Below the pieces are notes generated by a model. It was given only the letters and a program-made list of their open reading frames with translations. It was not told where the DNA came from and ran no database searches. Positions 1 through 9,466 of a DNA stretch of 64,000 bases are shown one piece after another. Made by a program: the position numbers and the translations under genes. Within the stretch, counting starts at the first letter, position 1; every line of letters starts with the position of its first letter. The stretch is from Candidatus Oxydemutatoraceae bacterium (GTDB lineage Bacteria > Pseudomonadota > Gammaproteobacteria > Poriferisulfidales > Oxydemutatoraceae), in assembly GCA_965218975.1 (NCBI GenBank), contig OZ244717.1, forward strand, positions 704,001-768,000, written 5' to 3'.

Positions 1-84
1 TTTCTCGAGCTCTTTTTCGAGCTTATGCTGTCCTCTTTCGAGGTTCAGCAATCGCCGGTCGACGTCTTCAAGCGTTATTTCCAT
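1..84 (-). CDS. 5' part of a coiled-coil protein (MEITLEDVDRRLLNLERGQHKLEKELEK...), runs off window
   Basis: ATG at 84 on minus strand, open to window edge, heptad-like Leu/Glu/Lys pattern; not in ORF track. Confidence 0.45.
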   Translation of the reverse strand, partial: MEITLEDVDRRLLNLERGQHKLEKELEK

Positions 85-96
85 AATAGTCTCTAT

Positions 97-215
97 TTTT
101 GAAGCAAAATTGGCTCATACAGAAACCTTTGATGCGGTGGCCGATGTGCTGATATTGCATATCGGTTACCTTTTTGAGTCGTGCCGTGAATCCCACATGT
201 ATCTGGCACTGTACA
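97..215 (-). mobile_element. IS481-like left end plus first codons of transposase (remnant)
   Basis: Minus strand starts TGTACAGTGCCAGATACATGTGGGA, similar to ends at 907, 7889 and 9467; followed by MQYQHIGHRIKG-type start. Confidence 0.65.
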
Positions 216-450
216 GAGCCTGTAGCTGTTGATAGATTGTCTCTAATGTAACTCCCATAAATTTTTCCTTATCAGTGCAAGGGAACTTCTCACGGGTCTC
301 CTCCCCGCAAACGAGTAAAAAGGCAAGGCACGCACCTTACAGGCTTAAAAGCAGAGTAAAGGGAAGGCGGCAGGTTTGTCAAATCAGTGTATAGGTCCAA
401 AGCACCCATTTCGTGTAGATGCAGTCTGTGACGGATCGTTCCGCGTATCC

Positions 451-621
451 TCACGTTTGCAGTCTCGTTATCAAACTAACCGCGGCAATGATGATGCCGG
501 TAATGATAATCATCCGCTAGGTGAGCCCGGCTTCCAGCTTGACTAACTCAGTTTTAAGTTCAGCTTTTAGCTCGGTCAGACTCGCTTTGGTTGCAACATC
601 ATTTACGTGCGCAACTGAATC
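451..621 (-). pseudogene. DUF1640/CCDC90-like coiled-coil + C-terminal TM gene remnant
   Basis: Minus-strand translation DSVAHVNDVATKASLTELKAELKTELVKLEAGLT*RMIIITGIIIAAVSLITRLQT*; internal TAG at 517-519; 5' end cut by IS remnant. Confidence 0.5.
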
Positions 622-907
622 CGCGGTGCTTTGCCGCGGTCATGCAAGGCACCGGACCCAGTGCGGCGATAACGCCGGCGCCAGCGACAAAGTGCTGCGA
701 CCGACCTTGAATGCGTTCGGGGGTTACAACCCTCCCAAAATGAGGGCATCGTGTTTCTGTTGAAGCTTAGAGCGCTCATGAGCTTCCATTTTGAAGCAAA
801 ATTGGCTTATATAGAAACCTTTGATGCGGTGGCCGATGTGCTGATATTGCATGTCGGTCACCTTTTTATTGACGTCCAAGAATTCAGTATGTATCCGGAC
901 ACGTGCA
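622..907 (-). mobile_element. IS481-like left end and frameshifted transposase N-terminus (HTH)
   Basis: ATG at 852 (MQYQHIGHRIKGFY...), then in shifted frames AFKVGRSTL / ALHDRGKAPR; inverted homolog of 7889-8220. Confidence 0.7.
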
Positions 908-941
908 ACACCCGCAGAACTATTTTTCAGGCAACGGATAA

Positions 942-970
942 TGTGCATAAGTTCAGAAACATTTGGCACT
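942..970 (+). repeat. 29-bp inverted repeat (partner 7858-7886), TGT-start, IS-end-like
   Basis: tgtgcataagttcagaaacatttggcact vs agtgccaaatgtttctgagcttatgcaca: 28/29 reverse-complement match. Confidence 0.8.
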
Positions 971-1249
971 CCTGCCGACAGGAAGGGGCCGGGCTGATGG
1001 GATTATTCGGCATGCAACACCTTCATATCGTCGGGAATTCTAAAGGAGTCGACACACATGCTGCCAAGAAAACTCACAATTACATTCGCCAAATTCGGCA
1101 TGACGTATATAATAGGAAAAAAGAGCGTGCGTCACGAAGAAATAAAGTAGCCGGCAACATAAAATCCTAATTTACCTCTGATATGCTCAGTGGCAAATGA
1201 TTCCATAGAACCGGCGGGGCTCATAAAAACCATAACTGAAATCTAATAT

Positions 1250-2068
1250 GTGCGTATTATTACACTCAACAGCAATGGCATCCGTGCTGCGGCAAGGAAG
1301 GGCTTTTTTCCTTGGTTAGCGCGTCAATGCGCCGATATCGTGTGCATTCAGGAAACGAAAGCGCAACCGGAACAATTAATTGGCGCCCCATACTTCTTCC
1401 CTAAAAATTATTCATGCAAATATGTCGGTGCACAAAAAAAAGGTTATAGCGGTGTCGCGCTATACAGCAAGATACTCCCCGATGCATGGACGGTAGGCTT
1501 TGGGAATGCCGAGTTTGACGCTGAAGGACGTTACCTCGAAGCGAAATTCGGTAAATTATCAGTAATCTCGTTATATGCACCTTCCGGTTCGTCAAGCGAG
1601 AAACGCCAACAAGCGAAGTTCCGTTTCATGAAAGTTTTTATGCGTCACCTACGCAAGCTTAAAAAACTCGGGCGCGACTATATTATTTGTGGCGATTGGA
1701 ACATTGCGCACAAAGAAATTGATTTGAAAAACTGGCGTAGCAATCAAAAAAACTCCGGATTTCTCCCCGAAGAACGCGCTTGGTTGGACCGGTTGTTCGA
1801 CAAGGAAGGTTTTCACGATGTATTTCGTGAAGTCTGTCGTTTGCCTGATCAATATACTTGGTGGTCAAACCGTGGTCAGGCGTGGGAAAAAAATGTCGGA
1901 TGGCGTATTGATTACCATATCGCATCGCCTCGACTACGCAATAAGGCAACAAAGGCACGCATTTACAAAACACAACGCTTCTCCGACCATGCACCGTTGA
2001 TTATTGATTACAATCTCCCGCCATTAGAACAATGGACAACGAAGCACAAACAAAGCACAAACCTATGA
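1250..2068 (+). CDS. xth: Exodeoxyribonuclease III (ExoA/Crc-like AP endonuclease)
   Basis: N-terminal NxNGIRAA, CIQETK, GYSGVA, CGDWNIAH, GWRIDY, SDHAP motifs. Confidence 0.92.
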   Translation: MRIITLNSNGIRAAARKGFFPWLARQCADIVCIQETKAQPEQLIGAPYFFPKNYSCKYVGAQKKGYSGVALYSKILPDAWTVGFGNAEFDAEGRYLEAKFGKLSVISLYAPSGSSSEKRQQAKFRFMKVFMRHLRKLKKLGRDYIICGDWNIAHKEIDLKNWRSNQKNSGFLPEERAWLDRLFDKEGFHDVFREVCRLPDQYTWWSNRGQAWEKNVGWRIDYHIASPRLRNKATKARIYKTQRFSDHAPLIIDYNLPPLEQWTTKHKQSTNL

Positions 2069-3381
2069 ACGAACAAACAAATTGGACGGAGACATTACGG
2101 GTTTACTTAATACCTCGAGTATACACGATGTTATTGCTCGGATTTTCTGCCGGATTACCCTACTTGCTTGTATTCTCAACATTATCGGCGTGGCTGACCG
2201 AAGCCGGACTCAGCCGCACAATGATCGGTTTTTTTAGTTGGGTGGGAATTACCTATTCCGTCAAGGTACTATGGGCGCCATTGCTTGACCACTTATCTCT
2301 GCCTCTTTTAACCCGTCGACTAGGACGGCGACGCGCATGGATACTGGCGGCACAATCGGGAATTGTGCTCAGTTTAACGTTAATGGCATGGACCGGTCCC
2401 ACTCAGAACCCTGTCATGTTTGCATTGCTTGCCGTCCTAGTCGCTTTGTTTTCTGCAACCCAAGATGTTGCAATTGATGCTTATCGTATTGAAGTTATGG
2501 CAAAAGAATACCAAGCGGCAATGGCAGCAATGTACATCTTTGGTTATCGTCTTGCACTATTAGTCGCTGGCGCCGGAGCATTTTACGCCGCTGAATTCTG
2601 GAGTTGGAGTTATAGCTACTTGTTGATGGCCGGATTAATGTCGGTCGGCATCCTTACCGTATTGGCAATTACCGAGCCGAGGGTGGCATCAAACACACTG
2701 TCGCCGATATCGCGCGAACAGTCGGCAAACACTACGTTTTACGGTTGGTTGAAACATGCGATCGTTGCCCCTTTTGCCGATTTCTTTCGGCGTAACAGCC
2801 ACCTCGCTTGGCTAATTTTATTGTTTATCGCAATTTATCGGATCAGCGATATAACCATGGGCGTGATGGCAAACCCGTTTTATTTGGATATGGGCTATAC
2901 CAAAATTCAGATTGCTGAAGTATCTAAAATTTTCGGTTTTTTCATGACGCTAATCGGCGCTGCGGTCGGCGGTATATTGGTACTGCGGTTTGGTTTAATG
3001 CAGATATTAATTGTCGGTGCCTTATTGACAGTGGTTACCAATCTGTTATTCATCGTATTATCAATATCCGCTCCCGACACTATCTTGCTTGCAATGATCA
3101 TCAGCACCGATAATTTAAGCGGCGGCATCACAACTACCGCGTTTATCGCATACTTATCAAGTCTTACGCAAACCGCTTACACCGCAACACAATATGCGCT
3201 GTTCAGCTCATTGATGACGTTGCCGGCAAAACTACTTGGTGGAATGTCGGGTGCAATCGTCGACAGCTACGGCTATACAAATTTCTTTACTTATGCCGCA
3301 ATTCTGGGTATTCCGGCGATTGCTCTCGCCGCTTATCTCGCCCGGCGCGAAAGGCGTCAAGCCAGCCACGCATCCAGCTGA
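2065..3381 (+). CDS. ampG: AmpG family muropeptide MFS transporter
   Basis: LGFSAGLP, KVLWAPLLD, GRRR, SATQDVAIDAYRIE, TATQYAL motifs; ATGA overlap with xth. Confidence 0.92.
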   Translation: MNEQTNWTETLRVYLIPRVYTMLLLGFSAGLPYLLVFSTLSAWLTEAGLSRTMIGFFSWVGITYSVKVLWAPLLDHLSLPLLTRRLGRRRAWILAAQSGIVLSLTLMAWTGPTQNPVMFALLAVLVALFSATQDVAIDAYRIEVMAKEYQAAMAAMYIFGYRLALLVAGAGAFYAAEFWSWSYSYLLMAGLMSVGILTVLAITEPRVASNTLSPISREQSANTTFYGWLKHAIVAPFADFFRRNSHLAWLILLFIAIYRISDITMGVMANPFYLDMGYTKIQIAEVSKIFGFFMTLIGAAVGGILVLRFGLMQILIVGALLTVVTNLLFIVLSISAPDTILLAMIISTDNLSGGITTTAFIAYLSSLTQTAYTATQYALFSSLMTLPAKLLGGMSGAIVDSYGYTNFFTYAAILGIPAIALAAYLARRERRQASHASS

Positions 3382-3935
3382 CAACGCAGTTGTTCAAGTC
3401 CTTCATACGTCGATGCGGAAAATGTCTGCACCGTCACATCGGTTTCGCATAACGCAGATTTAGTTTGCGCAATTGCCCGACGCACCGCTTGACGCTTGAG
3501 CTTATCCGCTTTGGTTAACACTAAGTGTAGCGACAACGCATCGTGCCATTTTAATAATTGCCAATCCGACTCGGTTAGCAAGCGCCGAATATCCGCCACC
3601 AACACGACACCACGCAGACATTGGCGTGTCTTAAAGTACGCCGTTATCAAATCCTGCCACTGAGCGCGTACTACTTGCGATACCCGCGCATATCCGTAAC
3701 CCGGTAAATCAATCAGACGCGATTGCGCATCAAGCGTAAAAAAATTAACCATTTGCGTGCGCCCCGGTGTTTTAGCAACTTTTGCCAACTTGTTTTTCCC
3801 GCAAAGCACATTAATGAGACTTGACTTGCCGGCATTTGAGCGTCCGGCAAATGCAATTTCGCACCTGACCTCCGGCGGGAACTGGCTGGGCTGCGTCGCA
3901 CCGGTTAAGAATTTAGTTTGTTGATACCGAGACAA
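3357..3935 (-). CDS. engB: Ribosome biogenesis GTP-binding protein YihA/EngB
   Basis: GRSNAGKSS, TPGRTQ, DLPGYG, TKADK. Confidence 0.95.
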   Translation of the reverse strand: MSRYQQTKFLTGATQPSQFPPEVRCEIAFAGRSNAGKSSLINVLCGKNKLAKVAKTPGRTQMVNFFTLDAQSRLIDLPGYGYARVSQVVRAQWQDLITAYFKTRQCLRGVVLVADIRRLLTESDWQLLKWHDALSLHLVLTKADKLKRQAVRRAIAQTKSALCETDVTVQTFSASTYEGLEQLRCQLDAWLA

Positions 3936-4082
3936 GCGAACGCCACCATAATTTCAGTAAGCAATTCGGCAGTATAATACTTACCCCCGTCGCTTTGTGA
4001 CAAAATTCGCTTTTTGCTATAGAATGCCGCGAATCTACGGCGGATAAATATCGTAAAAACATGTACATAGTCGCTTTCATTA

Positions 4083-4705
4083 AACCAAAGAGGTTTCTAC
4101 TAATGAAATCGTTATGCGTGTTAGCGTTGCTTGGGAGCTCAATAACGGCAGGCATCGCATCAGCAGAAGGTGATATTGCTGTCGGTAAAGAAAAATCAGC
4201 GGCTTGTGTTGCATGTCACATGGCAGACGGCAATAGCGTCAATCCGGAATGGCCGAAAATTGCCGGCCAGTCAAAGCACTATATCATTAAACAACTCAAT
4301 CTATTTAAAACCAAATCTCGTACCAACCCGTTGATGGACCCGCAGGCGATGATGTTATCCGATCAAGACATTGAAAATCTTGCCGCTTATTTTGAAAGTC
4401 AAGCAACATCGGCCGGCGCCACCGACAAAGGTTTATTCGAACTCGGACAATCTATCTACCGCGGCGGTAATCCGGCAACCGGGGTTCCGGCATGTCTTTC
4501 GTGTCACGGGCCTAACGGTAGCGGCAATCCGGCTGCAGGATTTCCTAAACTCTCGTACCAACACAGCAAATATACCTCTGTCCGCTTAAAGCAATATCGT
4601 AAAGGTGTTAGCTATTTAGGCTCCGAAATCATGAACGGAGTCAGTCAGATGCTAACCGATACGGAAATCGAAGCGGTGTCGTCATATATTCAAGGTCTGC
4701 ATTAA
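4083..4705 (+). CDS. Cytochrome c4 (dihaem)
   Basis: Signal peptide, CVACH and CLSCH haem motifs; conserved engB/c4/dsbA arrangement; start placed at ATG 4083 after AGAGG. Confidence 0.93.
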
Positions 4706-4714
4706 AGGCAAGCT

Positions 4715-5404
4715 ATGATGCGATTAACCCCCCTCTCAACTGCAAACTTCCGCTTATTTTTGATTATGCTCGGATTGCTGGCAAGTCTCGTCAGTGCCCC
4801 CGCTTTCACACAAAACTTTGTTGAAGGAAAAGACTACATCCGTATCGTGCCGCCGGTGCCGACCGATGTCGAAACAGGTAAAGTTGAGGTGAGAGAATTT
4901 TTCTGGTACGGCTGTATGCACTGTTACTCGATAGAACCTGATATTCAAAAATGGGCAAAACCGGATTCCGTGCAATTTGTACGTACGCCGGCATTGCTCG
5001 GAAAAAATTGGGTTACTCACGCGTACACTTACTACACTTTGGAACAGCTGAAACGAATTGACGATTTGCATGCGGTACTATTTGAAGCGCTACATGAGAA
5101 AAAACTGCGGCTTTTTAATGCCGAGCAACTCGCTGACTTTTTTGCGCAATACGAAATCGGCAAAGAAAAATTCTTAGAGGTTTTCCATTCAATGGTGGTC
5201 GATGCTAAAATCAAAAGAGCGGAAAAGATTGGCACCCGATATGCCCTGCGCGCAGTGCCGACCTTCACCGTTAACGGGAAATATCTGACTTCGCCCTCTA
5301 TGATGACGGGTGGCGCTATGGATGATTTCTTTCAGTTAATTGATCATTTAGTATCACTCGAAACTCGTAGCAGCCCGACATCGGACGGGATAGGTAAAAA
5401 CTAA
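4715..5404 (+). CDS. dsbA: Thiol:disulfide interchange protein DsbA
   Basis: EFFWYGCMHC active site, VPTFTVNGKY cis-Pro loop, signal peptide. Confidence 0.9.
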   Translation: MMRLTPLSTANFRLFLIMLGLLASLVSAPAFTQNFVEGKDYIRIVPPVPTDVETGKVEVREFFWYGCMHCYSIEPDIQKWAKPDSVQFVRTPALLGKNWVTHAYTYYTLEQLKRIDDLHAVLFEALHEKKLRLFNAEQLADFFAQYEIGKEKFLEVFHSMVVDAKIKRAEKIGTRYALRAVPTFTVNGKYLTSPSMMTGGAMDDFFQLIDHLVSLETRSSPTSDGIGKN

Positions 5405-5429
5405 CCCCGCGCGTTAGCGAACGGGCCGA

Positions 5430-5960
5430 CTAGCTCTTCGCCGGCGCGGAGAACGCAACAGAATACTCCGTCGCTTGATTCATGTTATCAACAGAGAAGC
5501 GTATTGCTTGTGCATCTATGGTCATTTGCGGCACATTGGAATCCGACAGATAATCACGCGGTTGCAATTGGTACCGCGCAACATCCCGCCCCCCCGAATC
5601 GTACAATGTGAGGTTTAACTGTGGCCAATTCATGGTTGATGTGTGCGATATATAACCGTTAAAAATAAGTGTAGTTCCATATTGAATCAGTTGCGCATCT
5701 CGGATAGTTACTCCGTCATATGATTGCGCCGGCATTGCCCACTGCTCGCAATCTAAATACCGGCACAACGGTTGCACCCAAGAAAGTTCGACAATCTCAG
5801 CAGAATCATCCGATAGATATATCGCATTCACACCACTGACTGTCGAAGTCACAAAAAAAAGCGACAGAAGCAATAAAGTGATCAACGTCGATACACTTTG
5901 CGGTTGCGCTCCGCGCCTATGCGTATTTTTGTCCGCATACAACTTAAAGGATTCTGCCAT
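5430..5960 (-). CDS. DUF3426-like membrane-anchored protein
   Basis: TM helix, LCRYLDC motif, WPQLNLTLYD...PRDYL C-terminal pattern. Confidence 0.6.
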   Translation of the reverse strand: MAESFKLYADKNTHRRGAQPQSVSTLITLLLLSLFFVTSTVSGVNAIYLSDDSAEIVELSWVQPLCRYLDCEQWAMPAQSYDGVTIRDAQLIQYGTTLIFNGYISHTSTMNWPQLNLTLYDSGGRDVARYQLQPRDYLSDSNVPQMTIDAQAIRFSVDNMNQATEYSVAFSAPAKS

Positions 5961-6293
5961 AGCACTTGCGCCTACTTACTATAATCCGTAAACTCCGCCA
6001 GCAGTTCTCTTTTTTGTTACTGTGCAATTTTTGCCGCCGAAGTTTTTCCGAACCCGTGCACTTGGAGATCATTTACGCCTCCCGGGCAATCCGATATTAT
6101 ACATTGTCCCCAATTGTCCCCAATTATCATTCCGACGTTTTTTCGGGCAGATCTCTGAATGCCGTTGTGCAGTCGCCATTAAGGTTTCTTCTTGAAAAGC
6201 GATACAATCAATGCGGCACTTCCGTCTTTTTAACGCCGGACGGGAACGATACAGATAAATTCTCTGAGTAATCTTTGGAACAAAGATTTTTCT

Positions 6294-6905
6294 TCACAAT
6301 CCCAAATTGACGATTGCTTGCTTTACTTGTGCTTGGACATTCGCATCCGGTCGTTTTCCGGAGAATATCTGTCGCATGATCCGGCATGTGCGATCAAAGC
6401 AATCGTTCACCACGACAAAATCAAATTCATGATAATGACGCATTTCATCAAATGCCTGCGCATAGCGCTCCTCAATCACTTCTGCGGAATCTTTTCCACG
6501 TTGTTTCAAGCGTGTACACAGTGTGGTTTTAGATGGTGGCAAAATAAACACCGATTGATTTGGCATTAGCGCGCGTATTTGTGCCGCACCTTGCCGATCA
6601 ATTTCCAAAACGACATCGTAGCCGTTGTCAAATAAATTTCGCACCGCGCTACGGGAAGTTGCGTAATCATCACCAAAAACTTTTGCCGTCTCAAGAAATG
6701 CGCTTTTGCTCTTCATCCGTATGAATTCGGCTTTGCTAACAAAATGATAGTCTACTCCGTCCCGGTCACCGTCGCGTCGCAGTCGTGTTGTATGTGAAAT
6801 GGCGACGCGCAAATGCGGAATTCCTTCCGGAACTGTCTTCAGCAGGCTGGTTTTACCCACGCCCGACGGTCCGGTTACAATAAAAATCTTACCTGCCACA
6901 GACAT
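6294..6905 (-). CDS. gmk: Guanylate kinase
   Basis: GPSGVGKT, SHTTR, GVDYHFVS, LEIDRQGA, FILPPS. Confidence 0.95.
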   Translation of the reverse strand: MSVAGKIFIVTGPSGVGKTSLLKTVPEGIPHLRVAISHTTRLRRDGDRDGVDYHFVSKAEFIRMKSKSAFLETAKVFGDDYATSRSAVRNLFDNGYDVVLEIDRQGAAQIRALMPNQSVFILPPSKTTLCTRLKQRGKDSAEVIEERYAQAFDEMRHYHEFDFVVVNDCFDRTCRIMRQIFSGKRPDANVQAQVKQAIVNLGL

Positions 6906-7040
6906 ATTTTAATGTATCGGCAACCGTCGCGCTCGCGCCGGATGACCGCCAAAACTGCATTTTAGCTTTTGTTCTCCGGAAAGCTTCAAGGCAATAATAG
7001 TCATAAATCCTGCATAGCTTATAACGGCCACAAATACCGG

Positions 7041-7829
7041 CTATTCACTCCACCTCGCTCTCATCGCAGACACTTCCCGCGCAGAAAAGAAATGTTGCGT
7101 GTGTTTATGGTTGCATATTTGATCTGTGTATTCAGGGGAGAACTTAATTCTTTGTTTCATTTCCTGATATACCATTGCATCAGGGTCCAGCCTGCTTTCT
7201 CTGTAACGCATAATTTCCAACCGGTTCAGCCCAAGAAACTCCCTGATAATCCTACTTTTTTTATCATCGTCCAATTCCGTTCTGAGCACCAGTAAGTTGA
7301 CTTTCTTTAGCAGATGATGATTAGTCTGGGTGTAAATCCTGTATCCGATTTCAGTGGAAAAAGGCGCGGCATAAACGTCAATACCAAAGCCGTTTTTCAT
7401 TTCCTGGTTAAACCATTCCAGCGATCGCGTTATTCTATGTTTGGTCCGCCGTTTCCACACGCTGATGTCTGTGGAAGGCGTACTTCCCCTTTTATTCCTC
7501 TCTGGAATCATAAAGAAGAATACAGCCGACAAGGCTCTCTCAATCGGATTTCGCACCAAGCTGATCAAGTAGTATGTATCGGAATAAACAAACACTTTTT
7601 TCGGGTCCATAATTCCTTGAAAATCATGCGCTTGCGCTACTGCGATTAACCTTGTATGGCCTAAAGATCTTTTTAATGATATGAGGATTGACGTCGAACC
7701 GGCTTTTGGTATCGTATAAACAATGATTGAGCTATGATTGAATATTTTATAAATAGCCCTGAATATCCGGGGCCTCCATGGTCGTAATATGGTTTTCAGT
7801 TTTCTGGCAGGTGTATGGTTTAGAAGCAT
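7041..7829 (-). CDS. Sulfotransferase-like putative capsular polysaccharide synthesis protein (NKWYS-like)
   Basis: PKAGSTS (5'-PSB loop), LVRNPIERALS (3'-PB), WFxxExK...GIDVY; start uncertain (7829 or 7865). Confidence 0.65.
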   Translation of the reverse strand: MLLNHTPARKLKTILRPWRPRIFRAIYKIFNHSSIIVYTIPKAGSTSILISLKRSLGHTRLIAVAQAHDFQGIMDPKKVFVYSDTYYLISLVRNPIERALSAVFFFMIPERNKRGSTPSTDISVWKRRTKHRITRSLEWFNQEMKNGFGIDVYAAPFSTEIGYRIYTQTNHHLLKKVNLLVLRTELDDDKKSRIIREFLGLNRLEIMRYRESRLDPDAMVYQEMKQRIKFSPEYTDQICNHKHTQHFFSAREVSAMRARWSE

Positions 7830-7857
7830 AGCAGCGGAAAGTATACAGCAAATGTAT

Positions 7858-7886
7858 AGTGCCAAATGTTTCTGAGCTTATGCACA
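7858..7886 (-). repeat. 29-bp inverted repeat (partner 942-970)
   Basis: Reverse complement of 942-970 with one mismatch. Confidence 0.8.
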
Positions 7887-7888
7887 GG

Positions 7889-8770
7889 TGTATACTGCCG
7901 GACACATATGGGACTCACGGCTTAACTCAAAAAGGTGACCGATATGTAATATCAACACATCGGCCACCGCATCAAAGGTTTCTATATGAGCCAATTTAGC
8001 TTCAAGAATGGAGGCTCATGAGCGCTCTAAACTTCAACAGAAATATGATGCCCTATTATTTTGGGAGGGTTGTAACTCCCGAACGCATTCAAGGTCGGTC
8101 GCAGTACTTTGTCCCGCTGGCGCCTACGTTATCGCCGCATTGGACTCAGTGCATTGCATGACCGCACCAAAGCGCCGCGCAAGAGGCGTCAGCGGACCTG
8201 GCCGCAACCGATTCAGTGTGAAACCGTTTTGCGCTTGTTGGTGGATTGTCGGCAAAGTGCCTGTCGTCCATGACGCGACTGGGTTCTGTCAACAAGCCCC
8301 AGCCCCGACGTCCTTGTCGGGTCGTTCACCGCTGAAAACCAATTGGTTTTCCGGGCGCGTCTCACCCATGACGAGACTTGGTTCTGTTAATGAGCATCAG
8401 CCCCGACGTCCTTGTCGGGTCGTTTGCCCGGAAAACCGATCGGTTTTCCGGGCGCGTCTCACCCTGCGCCAAGCTCATTCGAATCTCGGCAGCAGTAAAA
8501 TCTTTGAGCTGATGAAACCATTTTGTATTTGCTGGTGGATTTTCAGCAAAGTGCCTGTCGTCCATGACGCGACTGGGTTCTGTCAACAAGCCCCAGCCCC
8601 GACGTCCTTGTCGGGTCGTTCACCGCTGAAAACCAATTGGTTTTCCGGGCGCGTCTCACCCATGACGAGACTTGGTTCTGTTAATGAGCACCAGCCCCGA
8701 CGCCCCTGCCTGTGAGTACGCAGACAGGTTTGAGGTCCTGCAAGAATCCCATTTAGGGTGGCATCGTGCA
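7889..8770 (+). mobile_element. Decayed IS481-like element with interior replaced by A/B repeats
   Basis: Left end TGTATACTGCCGGACACATATGGGA, right end TCCCATTTAGGGTGGCATCGTGCA (imperfect IR); ATG-TAA at 7944; shifted-frame NAFKVGRSTLSRWRLRYRRIGLSALHDRTKAPRKRRQRTWPQPIQCE. Confidence 0.72.
8220..8702 (+). repeat. Array A'-B-B-A-B-B' (B = 97-98 bp structured unit, A = 99 bp)
   Basis: B at 8268-8365, 8366-8462, 8562-8659 and partial from 8660; A at 8463-8561. Confidence 0.9.
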
Positions 8771-8897
8771 CAAGGACGCGCTGGCCCAGGACGAGAAGAA
8801 AGCGCCGGTCAAACTGGCGAAGAAGGAAGCGACGAAAGCGGGATAGCGCTAATAAAGAGGAATTGGACGCCACGGCTCGCTTCCATCGCGAAAAAGT

Positions 8898-9266
8898 CTA
8901 GACTTTTCTCGATTGGATTCCGACTACCAGCGCCACAACGTTCATTACCGATGGCACGAATGGGATGATTCCGAAGAACATGTCAAACAAGCCGCCTAGA
9001 ACCGGGAAGAGGGTAAGCCATCTCCTGTCCGTCGCCTTCCCGCGCAAATAACATGCTATGGCCATAATCGCGTAGCAAATCGCCAAGTAGGTGATTCGTA
9101 TCGTGCCCGCGTCCCCAATCGTGCTGTCATCAACAATCGCGACGACCAGCAACATTCCAGATAGATAGGTGAAAGCCGCTGGCACAAGGAAAAGCAGCAA
9201 GAAAACGCCGATGCTTTCAGACCCTCTTTCCTTAAGCGGCTGCACAGATTTGGTTGTATCGTTCAT
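8898..9266 (-). CDS. Small integral membrane protein, unknown function
   Basis: 122 aa, 3-4 hydrophobic helices, GAGG RBS upstream. Confidence 0.65.
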   Translation of the reverse strand: MNDTTKSVQPLKERGSESIGVFLLLFLVPAAFTYLSGMLLVVAIVDDSTIGDAGTIRITYLAICYAIMAIACYLRGKATDRRWLTLFPVLGGLFDMFFGIIPFVPSVMNVVALVVGIQSRKV

Positions 9267-9466
9267 TTCATTACCTCAGTTAGTTTGCACGTTCGTTCGT
9301 CGTTCAGTTTGCGACGTCCCCGAACCCGTTGAGAGACACCTCGAAAGTGTGTTTTTCGTCCCCGTGCTTGGTTCGCATCTTCGCGACACTGCTGGTCTTG
9401 AATTGATTCTATCACCGCTCGGAGCGTCGCATTGTCTGCGATAAGCTCGTTCGGATACTTGTCCCT

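Noticed and set aside
521-1170. ORFs 521-763, 724-969 and 751-1170 as genes
   Set aside because: They overlap the IS481 remnant; explained as frameshifted or antisense readings of it
8771-9466. Integron gene cassette
   Set aside because: No RYYYAAC...GTTRRRY attC structure or integrase seen
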